From the NCBI RefSeq assembly GCF_036365525.1, contig NC_090412.1, positions 7,110,123 to 7,174,122 of the forward strand: a stretch of DNA of 64,000 nucleotides. Direction: 5' to 3'. This DNA is from Heterodontus francisci. Lineage: Eukaryota. Both the position numbers and the translations under genes were made by a program. This document shows, piece after piece, positions 29,201 through 38,262 of this stretch. The notes beneath the pieces were generated by a model, which was not told where the DNA came from, searched no databases, and saw only the letters and a list, made by a program, of their open reading frames with translations. The number at the start of each line of letters is the position of its first letter. Position 1 is the stretch's first letter.

Positions 29201-32200
29201 CTACAGTTTACCTTTCAGGAAGACACACATTAACCACTTATGATGGATTTTACTGGGTGAACAGACCTCACTTTAAAAATGTAAGCAATTATAGGCTCAG
29301 TCAAGGAAAAGCTTTTCCCCTTTACAAAGCTGCACCACTTCCATTGAAGAGAAGAATTAACTGACACCAACCTGTTACTTGTCTATAATTGAAAGGGGCT
29401 GATGTTTACCCACTGCTGAAATGCAAAGCGGTCGTGGTCATCTCTCCAATCCAATATTGAATTTATATCAATAAATCCCTAAACATTAACTATAAACTTG
29501 GGAAGGATCAGTTTCCAGTGTCTCGTGCAAGCCAATAGATCACTCAGCATTTCAGGTGGCGAGAGTAAGGACCTGTTGGACGAAATGGCTTTTTCAAAAA
29601 ATGTTTTTTGTCTTTGTTTGTTTATGGGCAGCATGGCCCCCTCTAGCTGGATGGTAACTGTTCTCCCTCTCATCTTGCCACATCCCCACCCCTGACATTG
29701 TTAGGATCACTGCAGGCCATCACACCATCGCACTCTGGAATTCTCTTCCTGAACACCTCTGCCTTGCTATGCCACTGTCTGCCTTCAAACATCTCCACAA
29801 AATCTTGTCACCTCGAGGAATCATAGAAACTTACAGCACAGAAGGAGGCCATTCAGCCTGTGCTGGCTCTTGGAAAGAGTGGTTGTGCTTCATCCCTCAT
29901 CCCCACCTGTGTCTGCAACCCTTCAAGTTCCTCATCCTCAAGCACCTGTCCACCTTCCTTTTACAATAATTTGTAGAATCACCTTTTTCATGTAGAGTGT
30001 TCCAGATCACAATAACTCTGAGGGAAAACAACTCGCCTCATCACCCCTCTAGATATTTTGCCAATGATTTTGAATCTACAACCGCTGATTAATAACCTGC
30101 TCTTCAGAGGGAACAGCTTTTCTCTATCTACTCGAGTAAAACCTTTCATCTTAAAAACCTCTATTTGGTCACCTCTCAACCTTCTCTGTTCCATGGAGAA
30201 CAGTCTTAACTTTTCAAATCTCTCATCACTGAAATCTATCAACCCAGGTTAACATCCTGGTAAATCTCCTCTGTACCCTTTCTAAGGCCTTTACATCTTT
30301 CGCAAAGTGTGCAGCCTGGAGCTGTCCACAATACTCCAGCTGAGGTCTAACCAGTGATTTATAAGGATCTGGTATGATATCTTGCTTTAAAATATTATTC
30401 CTTTAAGCTGTCAACTCCTACTCTGTTCCAGTTCCACACCCACCATGCCCAGCCATAAAACAGCTTGGGGCATTTGAACACATTAAAAGGGTTTTTAAAG
30501 TGAAAGCTATTCTTATTGTATCTGTACTTTGCATAGTGCACAGTCATCTAGTGGCAAAACAGTAAACAAAGACAGCCCTGAACTGATCTCGGCTGAAAGC
30601 AATCTTTTGCTGCCAAGAACAGTTTCATTGCTCACGTGCAGGGTTAGTGACAACACGTTTTAGACCAGTTAGAAATTAATTACTAACATCCTTAAATCTG
30701 AAATAAAATCCAGTAGTGCATAAGTTCATTAGCGTGTGAAAGAGAAAATTAAATTGGATTTACATTTTGGGCAGAGACTTATCAGAACTCTTCCATTTGT
30801 ATAGCACCTCATCACACCTCGTGCATCAAAGCATGCCACATATATAAATGAATTACTTGGAAGTTCAGTGACATATTATGAAGGTAAATGCATCAGCTAT
30901 TTTGCACGCAAGATCAACAACTAATTAACCTGCTTTTGGTAGTGTTGGTTGAGTGTGGAATGTTGGCCAGGACACTAGAGCAACTCCCTGCTCTAAGTCA
31001 AACAGTCCCTTGGGATCTTTAAAGTCCACCTGTATCACCAGGACAGGTAAGCAAGGGGCATGGTTTAGCCTCAGACAAACAGAAACATGCTCATAAAATC
31101 ACCAACAGTAATAACTCACTTGTAAAGAGCACTGGGCACAGGCATGGCACATCGATAGCCTCGGTCTGTCTGCTCTATTAGTACAGAGTCACAAGGCTCA
31201 TCCATACAATCTACAACTCCTGCAGAAAAAATGATGATAAATCAGCTACGGCAGTATTGAATCTCTGAGCTCCAATTCACAATTGGAGAACGTCGGCACC
31301 GGACCACATATGAATCCAAAGCAGGTCGGCTAAAAGTTAGGCAAGGAACTGTAAGTGGTGGTTGTTCAATCTTCTGTACAATGTGAAATATTAATCACAA
31401 AATGCAAAATAAAAAGAGTTGATTTTAACTCAGCATTTCGTCGTTCCATTGAACAATTTGATCGCAACATGTTGCCAATGAACGGAATCATTTTCCTGTC
31501 ATTGTTTAACCCATGTTTCTATTCTCCATGTAGGGAATTATAAAAAGAATATATTGGAAAATTCTTACACTACACTGCACCAATTTTCAGCCCGTTCAAG
31601 ACACTGGCAATATAGAAACTTTAATTACTTTGTCTCTAATGTTTTAATTTGGACAAAGTTAAGTTCCTCTGTTCATAAAATTGGGGCGGCACAGTGGCGC
31701 AGTGGTTAGCACCGCAGCCTCACAGCCCCAGGGACCCGGGTTCGATTCCGGGTACTGCCTGTGTGGAGTTTGCAAGTTCTCCCTGTGTCTGCGTGGGTTT
31801 TCTCCGGGTGCTCCGGTTTCCTCCCACAAGCCAAAAGACTTGCAGGTTGATAGGTAAATTGGCCATTATAAATTGTCACTAGTATAGGTAGGTGGTAGGG
31901 AAATATAGGGACAGGTGGGGATGTTTGGTAGGAATATGGAATTAGTGTTCTTCTTTTGGGCCTCCTTATCTCGAGAGACAATGGATACGCGCCTGGAGGT
32001 GGTCAGTGGTTTGTGAAGCAGCGCCTGGAGTGGCTATAAAGGCCAATTCTGGAGTGACAGGCTCTTCCACAGGTGCTGCAGAGAAATTTGTTTGTTGGGG
32101 CTGTTGCACAGTTGGCTCTCCCCTTGCGCCTCTGTCTTTTTTCCTGCCAACTACTAAGTCTCTTCGACTCGCCACAATTTAGCCCTGTCTTTATGGCTGC

Positions 32201-35200
32201 TCGCCAGCTCTGGCGAATGCTGGCAACTGACTCCCACGACTTGTGATCAATGTCACACGATTTCATGTCGCGTTTGCAGACGTCTTTATAACGGAGACAT
32301 GGACGGCCGGTGGGTCTGATACCAGTGGCGAGCTCGCTGTACAATGTGTCTTTGGGGATCCTGCCATCTTCCATGCGGCTCACATGGCCAAGCCATCTCA
32401 AGCGCCGCTGACTCAGTAGTGTGTATAAGCTGGGGGTGTTGGCCGCTTCAAGGACTTCTGTGTTGGAGATATAGTCCTGCCACCTGATGCCAAGTATTCT
32501 CCGAAGGCAGCGAAGATGGAATGAATTGAGACGTCGCTCTTGGCTGGCATACGTTGTCCAGGCCTCGCTGCCGTAGAGCAAGGTACTGAGGACACAGGCC
32601 TGATACACTCGGACTTTTGTGTTCCGTGTCAGTGCGCCATTTTCCCACACTCTCTTGGCCAGTCTGGACATAGCAGTGGAAGCCTTACCCATGCGCTTGT
32701 TGATTTCTGCATCTAGAGACAGGTTACTGGTGATAGTTGAGCCTAGGTAGGTGAACTCTTGAACCACTTCCAGAGCGTGGTCGCCAATATTGATGGATGG
32801 AGCATTTCTGACATCCTGCCCCATGATGTTCGTTTTCTTGAGGCTGATGGTTAGGCCAAATTCATTGCAGGCAGACGCAAACCTGTCGATGAGACTCTGC
32901 AGGCATTCTTCAGTGTGAGATGTTAAAGCAGCATCGTCAGCAAAGAGGAGTTCTCTGATGAGGACTTTCCGTACTTTGGACTTCGCTCTTAGACGGGCAA
33001 GGTTGAACAACCTGCCCCCTGATCTTGTGTGGAGGAAAATTCCTTCTTCAGAGGATTTGAACGCATGTGAAAGCAGCAGGGAGAAGAAAATCCCAAAAAG
33101 TGTGGGTGCGAGAACACAGCCCTGTTTCACACCACTCAGGATAGGAAAGGGCTCTGATGAGGAGCCACCATGTTGAATTGTGCCTTTCATATTGTCATGG
33201 AATGAGGTGATGATACTTAGTAGCTTTGGTGGACATCCGATCTTTTCTAGTAGTCTGAAGAGACCACGTCTGCTGACGAGGTCAAAGGCTTTGGTGAGAT
33301 CAATGAAAGCAATGTAGAGGGGCATCTGTTGTTCACGGCATTTCTCCTGTATCTGACGAAGGGAGAACAGCATGTCAATAGTCGATCTCTCTGCACGAAA
33401 GCCACACTGTGCCTCAGGGTAGACGCGCTCGGCCAGCTTCTGGAGCCTGTTCAGAGCGACTCGAGCAAAGACTTTCCCCACTATGCTGAGCAGGGAGATT
33501 CCACGGTAGTTGTTGCAGTCACCGCGGTCACCTTTGTTTTTATAGAGGGTGATGATGTTGGCATCGCGCATGTCCTGGGGTACTGCTCCCTCGTCCCAGC
33601 ACAGGCATAGCAGTTCATGTAGTGCTGAGAGTATAGCAGGCTTGGCACTCTTAATTATTTCAGGGGTAATGCTGTCCTTCCCAGGGGCTTTTCCGCTGGC
33701 TAGGGAATCAATGGCATCACTGAGTTCCGATTTGGTTGGCTGTATGTCCAGCTCATCCATGACTGGTAGAGGCTGGGCTGCATTGAGGGCAGTCTCAGTG
33801 ACAGCATTCTCCCTGGAGTACAGTTCTAGGTAGTGCTCAACCCAGCGGTCCATCTGTTTGCGTTGGTCAGTGATTATGTCCCCCGATTTAGATTTGAGGG
33901 GGGTGATCTTCTTGATGGTTGGCCCAAGAGCTCTCTTCATGCCATCATACATTCCTCTGATGTTTCCGGTGTCTGAGGCCAGCTGAATATGACTGCATAG
34001 GTGTTGCCAGTAGTCGTTTGCGCAACGCCTAGCTGTTCTTTGTGCAGTACTTCTGGCTGCTTTAAGTGCTGCGGATGTTAAATCGCTGGGGGCTTTCTTG
34101 TAGTTCAAAAGTGCAATGCGCTTAGCGGCTATGACAGGTTCCAGCTCTTCATTATGAGATTGAAACCAGTCTGCATTTCTCTTCGCACTTTTGCCGTAGG
34201 TGGTCAAAGCTGACTCATAGATGGCGTCTCTGATGTGGGCCCACTTGGTCTCAGCATCCCCTGTGGGAATGTTTTGAAGGGCTGTTACAAGTGAATTTAG
34301 AAATTTTTGTAACAGCTGTGGGTGAGAAATTCTGCTCGTGTTGATGCGCGGGTGGCCCTTCTGCTTGGAATGATGCAACTTCTTTGGTCTGAGTCTAACC
34401 TTGCTGCACACCAGGGAGTGGTCGGTGTCGCAGTCCGCACTGTGGAAGCTGCGTGTGATTTGAACACTGTTTAAGGCGGCTCGCCTTGTGACAATGAGGT
34501 CTAGCTGGTGCCAACGACGTGATCTTGGGTGCCTCCATGAAACCTGGTGACAGGGTTTAGTGTGAAAGAACGAGTTGGTGATGCAGAGGTTATGATAGGT
34601 ACACAACTCAAGCAGTCTCTGCCCGTTCTCATTCATCCTTCCAACGCCATAGCGCCCAAGGCAGGAGGGCCATGAGTCATGGTCGGCCCCAACCCTGGCA
34701 TTAAAGTCCCCCAGCAGGAATAGGTGTTCGGTGTTGGGGATGCTGCTAATGATGTTATGGAGTTGTTCATAGAACTGGTCTTTAGCTTCAGGTGCGGAGC
34801 AGAGTGTTGGAGCATAGATGCTGAGTAGGTGTACTGGACCAGAGGTGGTGAGCAGTCGGATGGACAGTATGCGTTCCGAGCCATTTGAGGGAGGCTCTAT
34901 CATGCTGAGCAAGGAGTTTCTGATGGCGAAGCCCACTCCATGCTGTCTTGGTTCTTCAGGATCCCTGCCCTGCCAGAAGAAGGTGTAGTCTTGCTCTGCT
35001 AGAGAGCCACTCGCGGGGAGGCGAGTCTCCTGAAGTGCTGCAATGTCCACATTGAATCTACTGAGCTCGTTGTTAATGATGGCGGTCTTCCGAGAATCGT
35101 TGATTTGTGTAAGGTCTTCCGACAGGCCAGGACACATAGTTCTGACGTTCCAGCTTGCAAAGCGAAGGGCTGGTACCTTCTTTCCTTTTTTCATGTTGTT

Positions 35201-38200
35201 TGGTGCGGTGTATCAGTCCACCTTTCGAGCAATGACCCTGAGTTCCAAGCACCCATTGAAGCAGGCAGACTGTGGCGGGACAGAATCTTATTGACCGGGG
35301 GCTGCCCGGTTTGAGGCGGGCGGTAGCTGTCCAGTGAGGTGCAATGACCTCTCCCACCGACAAAGGCAACCCGTGGCGCCCAGTTTCTACGCCAATTTAT
35401 CTGGACTTATAACCCGTAACTGCTGCCTTCCGTGTTGTTTTAGTCGCTGTGAGGCAACTATGGAGTGACCTCTCCATGGCGCATGCCTGGGCAAATTTAT
35501 GGAGGTTGAGAGTTGCCCAGTCGTCAAAACCCCCCTCTCGGCCTTTCTGGTGGGGTCCAAAGGAGTGCAGGACACGACGTTTGGCACCAGTATGGCTGCA
35601 GGAACTGCCGGAAACATGCCAAAGGTGACACATGACCGCCTACGGGGTTCCGCTCCGGATTTTCTGTTAGGGTTTACTCCCTTAGCCTTGGTCTCTCCCG
35701 AGACGCCCACAAGGCAGTGGGGTTGTTGGGGCCCCTACACAGGTGTAGGATGGTGCCAGTGGGAGGAGGGGATGCAAGGGGGAGGGGTAGAGGGAGGGGG
35801 TGGGGGGGGGGTGCAGGGGAAGGGGGTGCGGGGTGAAGATGGTGCGAGGGGGGGGCGGGCTGGGACGGGGTTGTGAGGGGGTGAGCTGAGAGGGTGGAGC
35901 AGGGAAGGGGACGGGGGTGGGGGGGGTGGAAGGGGGGTCAAGGGGGGGGGGAGGGGGGGTGGAATCTGGTGCAGGTAATAAGCCATTTCCTCAGTGCCCA
36001 CCATCGACGTCCGGAAAGCTCATCCACGTCCTTCGGGAGGTGAAGCATCATTTGGCAGACTTAGAGGTGATTACATTTGCTAAGGGTTTTTTTTTTTTGC
36101 AGTGGTTTAAATAAAGGCATGCAGCATTGCCGACAGTGCGCTGCAGATGCTCTCCGAGCCATCTCCCGCGGGCGCTTTGAAGTTGCGGCCGGGGGGGCCA
36201 TTCGTGGATGTTTTGGGTGTTCGGGGCACCTTTTCACAGGACTTCTCTCGGGTCCCGCAGCTCCTTCTTCACCTCAATGGACTTACCGCATGCCGTGGCT
36301 GCAGACACTCTGGACTGTGAAGACAGCAGGATCGGAGATTAAAGTATCGGCAGCTGTGCTCGTCAGTTTCATCCGGATCAATTTCATTGAGAAAACAAAG
36401 AGCAGGTGTGGCTGGGGGAGGGCAGTGGGCCCAGGTAACATACACTAAAACTAACTGTTAACTTTTAGATAGGGCTAAAATGAACTGATTTAAAGAGCCA
36501 GGGGAATTTAAACAGTTTAAGAGGGCAGATTGGGGGAGAAAACGTTAGGGATGGGAGCAGATGGCCATGGAGGGAGTTGAACAGCAAGGGAGCTTCCTAG
36601 GGAGCTTCCAGCCCAGGAGCCATCTTGGGGATGTTTGGTAGGAATATGGAATTAGTGTAGGATTAGTATAAATGGGTGGTTGATGTTCGGCACAGACTCG
36701 GTGGGCCGAAGGGCCTGTTTCAGTGCTGTATCTCTAATCAAATCTAATCAAAATCATGCAAGCTTTTCCACTGCAGAGCCTCAGGAAGCATATGCAATGG
36801 ACTGAATTTTACTGTCACTCTGGGGATCACTTAAAGCCTATGCAGGAGGCAGCACTTGTACAGCAGGATGAGAATCTGTGCTCAGCAGAAATCCCTAGCC
36901 TGCAGTGTCTAGTTAGCGAGATTGCTATATTATAGACAGGAGATGACAAAATGGTTCAAACAGATCTGCGGAAATGACAAACATCACACATGCAGCTCCC
37001 GACACTGTATAAATCAGGTTACAATCTGTGCTCTGCAACAGTGTCTCAGGTTCCAGGAAGTGATCAGATTTCTCTGTCTGTAGGCAGGCTCATTGCCACT
37101 GGAAATGTCTCAAGAATTTCGTATTGTTTTTGTATTTGTTGATTTGCTAGCTCATTATTTCTGTTGTATAGTACCTAAAAATCTTCTCTGCTATAGCAGA
37201 GATTGGTTTTCACTGGGTCCTCAGGAGTGTACCATTTGCAGGGGGATCCCCAGAAGTGTGCCAGTATTTGCAGGGGGTTCCCAAGAATGCCATATTTGCA
37301 GGGAGCACTTCAGACTGAAAATGTACAAACTACTTGTGTAAATAAAGAAATGAATGAAAGGAAGTGGTGACTTACACTAAATAATCCATTGCACTCAAAG
37401 TGTCAATATTGTGCAAATAGAGAATGATTAATTCCCCTTTCTATGGCTTGCTTTCCTTCCATCTTCCTCCTTTTATAGAGGTGGCAAGGAAAAACTAACA
37501 TATCACGAAATTTTATCTACACTGGTTGCTCAATGTAGCTAAATGTGAGGCACATCAAATTCCCAGATCAGGCTTCCTCTCAACTATTGCAACAGTTCTG
37601 GTTGCTGTGATTTAAGAGGGTCAATCAAACCCTAAAGGCAGTGCAGAGGCGAGCATCAGGGCACAGGGTGAAGCTTTGAGGAACAAATGCATAAGCTTAG
37701 GTTCTCGAACCTTGAAAATGTCTCAAAGGACCAGACAGACATTTTCAAGATACTGAGCAGGATTGGAAGCGACAACGCAAAACATTACTCTCGTACATTA
37801 GGAGTATGAGGTCACACAGGCTCAGAGCTGCAGAGTTTCAGAGAGACATTAGGAATTATTTCTTTACACAGAAGGGTGATAACAGCTGAAGCAGGTGGCC
37901 AGCAAAAATGGATTGAGGCCAGAATATTGGACTTATTTAAGAAACAGCTAGACATTGCAACGGGAAGACGAAAAATGAGCTTCTTCATCTGAAACTATAA
38001 TTAGACTTCCAGGCATTATTCGTCTCAATTATGAATATAAACAACAGGACTTCAATATGATAACATACTTTTTAAATTCACTGGAAAAAAAGCACCAGTA
38101 TTTTTACCTGGCAATGTTTACAGGTGGAATTACAGTGTGCTTGCAAGTACCTGAGTAAGTAAAGTCTTCCTCTTCCTCATTGAGATATACCTGCTCTTTG

Positions 38201-38262
38201 ACATGGTTTTTGCGGTAAATCCGTCCATCAATATTAACCAGTGCTGGCCGAAGAACTTCCAT
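8134..38262 (-). CDS. ASCC1: Activating signal cointegrator 1 complex subunit 1 (KH domain + 2H phosphoesterase domain); spliced, 8 coding exons in window (951 nt, 317 aa), last coding exon not found in window
   Basis: Exons 38151-38262, 31120-31219, 28956-29053, 27681-27859, 22297-22433, 14240-14359, 9033-9157, 8134-8213 all have GT/AG ends and join in frame: MEVLRPALVNIDGRIYRKN...YVIGKKGETK (KH GxxG)...QPFTHFLS...KLHLTIG...IEYMNDDP...KLHATLMNTLFR...ERESFDARNVLK, matching recalled vertebrate ASCC1 with both HxT motifs. Confidence 0.96.
9033..9157 (-). CDS. ASCC1: ASCC1 coding exon 7 (second HxT motif)
   Basis: LQLVVDGLMERFVASGLTEKEWDRVKLHATLMNTLFRRDPT; 125 nt. Confidence 0.95.
12672..14057 (+). 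mobile_element. 5'-truncated copy of the same RTE family
   Basis: Translation differs from the full-length ORF at about 14 of ~440 aa (hand count), including FID->FIG; 11-bp TSD ggatgctgcac at 12661-12671 and 14058-14068. Confidence 0.95.
14240..14359 (-). CDS. ASCC1: ASCC1 coding exon 6
   Basis: KLTGGKPLLVRVKGIEYMNDDPSMVDILYGKIEMKNGTD; 120 nt; ttctag| and |gtaagt. Confidence 0.95.
14522..15100 (+). mobile_element. CR1 LINE 3' fragment
   Basis: YKALVRPHLEYC...RRNYFSQRVAGLWNSLP; CR1 3'UTR. Confidence 0.92.
15855..16295 (+). mobile_element. DeuSINE (SacSINE1-like) with L2-type tail; other copies at ~6690-7050(-), 19080-19255(-), 27168-27500(+), 30790-31060(-), 49880-50420(+), 60765-61180(+)
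   Basis: tRNA-like head (gggttcaagtccc), conserved core agatgttaaacagaggcccc...atcccactgcactattggaagaa...gtcctgggcaatatttatccctcaa, tail gtgaaaggtgctatat..atacaagt. Confidence 0.8.
16614..16687 (+). pseudogene. tRNA-Ile(AAT)-derived pseudogene
   Basis: Gapless 74-nt match (about 73% by hand) to the recalled vertebrate tRNA-Ile(AAT); AAT anticodon kept; D-loop GG and T-loop TTCGA destroyed. Confidence 0.7.
20290..20870 (-). mobile_element. L2-like LINE 3' fragments; related copies at ~38835-39125(+) and 52640-53035(+)
   Basis: KILVLMFKSLHGLAP motif and L2-type tail shared with the DeuSINEs. Confidence 0.7.
21705..21723 (-). promoter_or_regulatory. CTCF-like motif
   Basis: Minus strand CACCACTAGATGTCAT resembles the CCACYAGRKGGCR core. 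Confidence 0.4.
22297..22433 (-). CDS. ASCC1: ASCC1 coding exon 5 (first HxT motif)
   Basis: DRGIDSSIFQNPAKLHLTIGTLILLNEQEITKACELLQKCKEDFI; 137 nt; not in the ORF track, read manually. Confidence 0.95.
22647..23110 (+). mobile_element. Penelope-like element 3' end / pseudo-LTR with a degenerate hammerhead ribozyme
   Basis: Starts aatttcagagcatga (NFRA*, resembles a PLE ORF end), then T-rich 3' region, hammerhead-like motif 22979-23012 and the shared ~100-bp tail. Confidence 0.7.
23482..23668. repeat. Head-to-head inverted pair of Penelope-derived tail copies (foldback)
   Basis: 23482-23551 is an approximate reverse complement of 23554-23626. Confidence 0.8.
24320..24572 (-). mobile_element. 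Short 3' fragment of a related RTE subfamily
   Basis: Encodes ...CSTCGRACHSRIGLYSHSRRCFTNH*, (GAA)n tail; 21-bp TSD ttaaaacag[c/t]gttcacactgc at 24299-24319 and 24573-24593. Confidence 0.92.
25633..25978 (+). mobile_element. CR1 3' fragment
   Basis: aggagaaatttcttcactcagag..tggaattctctacc; CR1 tail ggcctactcctgctcc. Confidence 0.8.
26379..26510 (-). mobile_element. Short Penelope-derived insert with mutated hammerhead (CUAAUGA)
   Basis: Same ~130-bp family; UU-CUAAUGA-A-AGGUC-ACA-GACCU-GAAA-CGUU-AACUCUG. Confidence 0.75.
27681..27859 (-). CDS. ASCC1: ASCC1 coding exon 4
   Basis: VITGQQRAGVASAQTRIEVMLESFRRKQPFTHFLSFAINHLTIQEQFVKFKERVLEECSQ; 179 nt. Confidence 0.95.
28956..29053 (-). CDS. 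ASCC1: ASCC1 coding exon 3 (KH GxxG loop)
   Basis: YVIGKKGETKRRLETETRTSITIPKLGMEGEI; 98 nt; AG/GT ends. Confidence 0.95.
29820..30385 (-). mobile_element. CR1 3' fragment
   Basis: ERFEKLRLFSMEQRRLRGDQIEVFK; CR1 tail. Confidence 0.8.
30539..30557 (-). promoter_or_regulatory. CTCF-like motif
   Basis: Minus strand TTGCCACTAGATGACTG resembles the CTCF core. Confidence 0.35.
31120..31219 (-). CDS. ASCC1: ASCC1 coding exon 2
   Basis: tttctgcag|GAGTT...TACAA|gtgagt; GVVDCMDEPCDSVLIEQTDRGYRCAMPVPSALYK; 100 nt. Confidence 0.93.
31683..31947 (+). mobile_element. tRNA-derived V-SINE (HE1-like), 5' part; interrupted by the RTE
   Basis: tRNA-like head with A/B boxes (tggcgcagtgg, ggttcgattcc) and V-domain tgtgtggagtttgc...tttcctccca; nearly identical to 58585-58930. 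Confidence 0.88.
31948..36625 (-). mobile_element. Full-length RTE-clade non-LTR retrotransposon, intact, with 32-bp TSD
   Basis: TSD tggggatgtttggtaggaatatggaattagtg at 31916-31947 and 36626-36657; (GAA)n-type 3' tail; single uninterrupted ORF; splits a V-SINE. Confidence 0.95.
32003..35194 (-). CDS. RTE ORF: APE endonuclease + reverse transcriptase + C-terminal Cys/His zinc-finger-like motif, 1063 aa
   Basis: APE motifs SWNVRT, ALQET, LGDFNA, DTDHSL; RT motifs NYRGISLLS, FIDLTKAFD, GVKQGCVLAP, LLFADD, YLGS; end CSTCGRACHSRIGLYSHSRRC. Confidence 0.95.
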   Translation of the reverse strand: MKKGKKVPALRFASWNVRTMCPGLSEDLTQINDSRKTAIINNELSRFNVDIAALQETRLPASGSLAEQDYTFFWQGRDPEEPRQHGVGFAIRNSLLSMIEPPSNGSERILSIRLLTTSGPVHLLSIYAPTLCSAPEAKDQFYEQLHNIISSIPNTEHLFLLGDFNARVGADHDSWPSCLGRYGVGRMNENGQRLLELCTYHNLCITNSFFHTKPCHQVSWRHPRSRRWHQLDLIVTRRAALNSVQITRSFHSADCDTDHSLVCSKVRLRPKKLHHSKQKGHPRINTSRISHPQLLQKFLNSLVTALQNIPTGDAETKWAHIRDAIYESALTTYGKSAKRNADWFQSHNEELEPVIAAKRIALLNYKKAPSDLTSAALKAARSTAQRTARRCANDYWQHLCSHIQLASDTGNIRGMYDGMKRALGPTIKKITPLKSKSGDIITDQRKQMDRWVEHYLELYSRENAVTETALNAAQPLPVMDELDIQPTKSELSDAIDSLASGKAPGKDSITPEIIKSAKPAILSALHELLCLCWDEGAVPQDMRDANIITLYKNKGDRGDCNNYRGISLLSIVGKVFARVALNRLQKLAERVYPEAQCGFRAERSTIDMLFSLRQIQEKCREQQMPLYIAFIDLTKAFDLVSRRGLFRLLEKIGCPPKLLSIITSFHDNMKGTIQHGGSSSEPFPILSGVKQGCVLAPTLFGIFFSLLLSHAFKSSEEGIFLHTRSGGRLFNLARLRAKSKVRKVLIRELLFADDAALTSHTEECLQSLIDRFASACNEFGLTISLKKTNIMGQDVRNAPSINIGDHALEVVQEFTYLGSTITSNLSLDAEINKRMGKASTAMSRLAKRVWENGALTRNTKVRVYQACVLSTLLYGSEAWTTYASQERRLNSFHLRCLRRILGIRWQDYISNTEVLEAANTPSLYTLLSQRRLRWLGHVSRMEDGRIPKDTLYSELATGIRPTGRPCLRYKDVCKRDMKSCDIDHKSWESVASIRQSWRAAIKTGLNCGESKRLSSWQEKRQRRKGRANCATAPTNKFLCSTCGRACHSRIGLYSHSRRCFTNH
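36626..36752 (+). mobile_element. V-SINE 3' part with CR1-type tail, resumed after the RTE
   Basis: Continues the SINE collinearly with the 58585-58930 copy; ends gggccgaagggcctgtttcagtgctgtatctctaa + short repeats. Confidence 0.88.
38151..38262 (-). CDS. ASCC1: ASCC1 first coding exon (ATG at 38262; about 58 nt of 5'UTR back to a candidate acceptor at 38321-38322)
   Basis: MEVLRPALVNIDGRIYRKNHVKEQVYLNEEEEDFTYS, donor G|GTACTT; 112 coding nt. Confidence 0.95.

Noticed and set aside
29479-29695. ORFs near ASCC1 exon 3 as an extra exon
   Set aside because: No ASCC1 similarity; the flanking exons already join in frame.
31683-31755. tRNA gene at SINE heads (also 58585, 27168, 60765)
   Set aside because: The tRNA-like heads run straight into SINE bodies; no proper acceptor stem.
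35640-36625. HDV-like ribozyme at the RTE 5' end
   Set aside because: Could not assemble P1/P1.1/P2/P3 with the conserved L3 and catalytic C by eye; left open for a covariance search.
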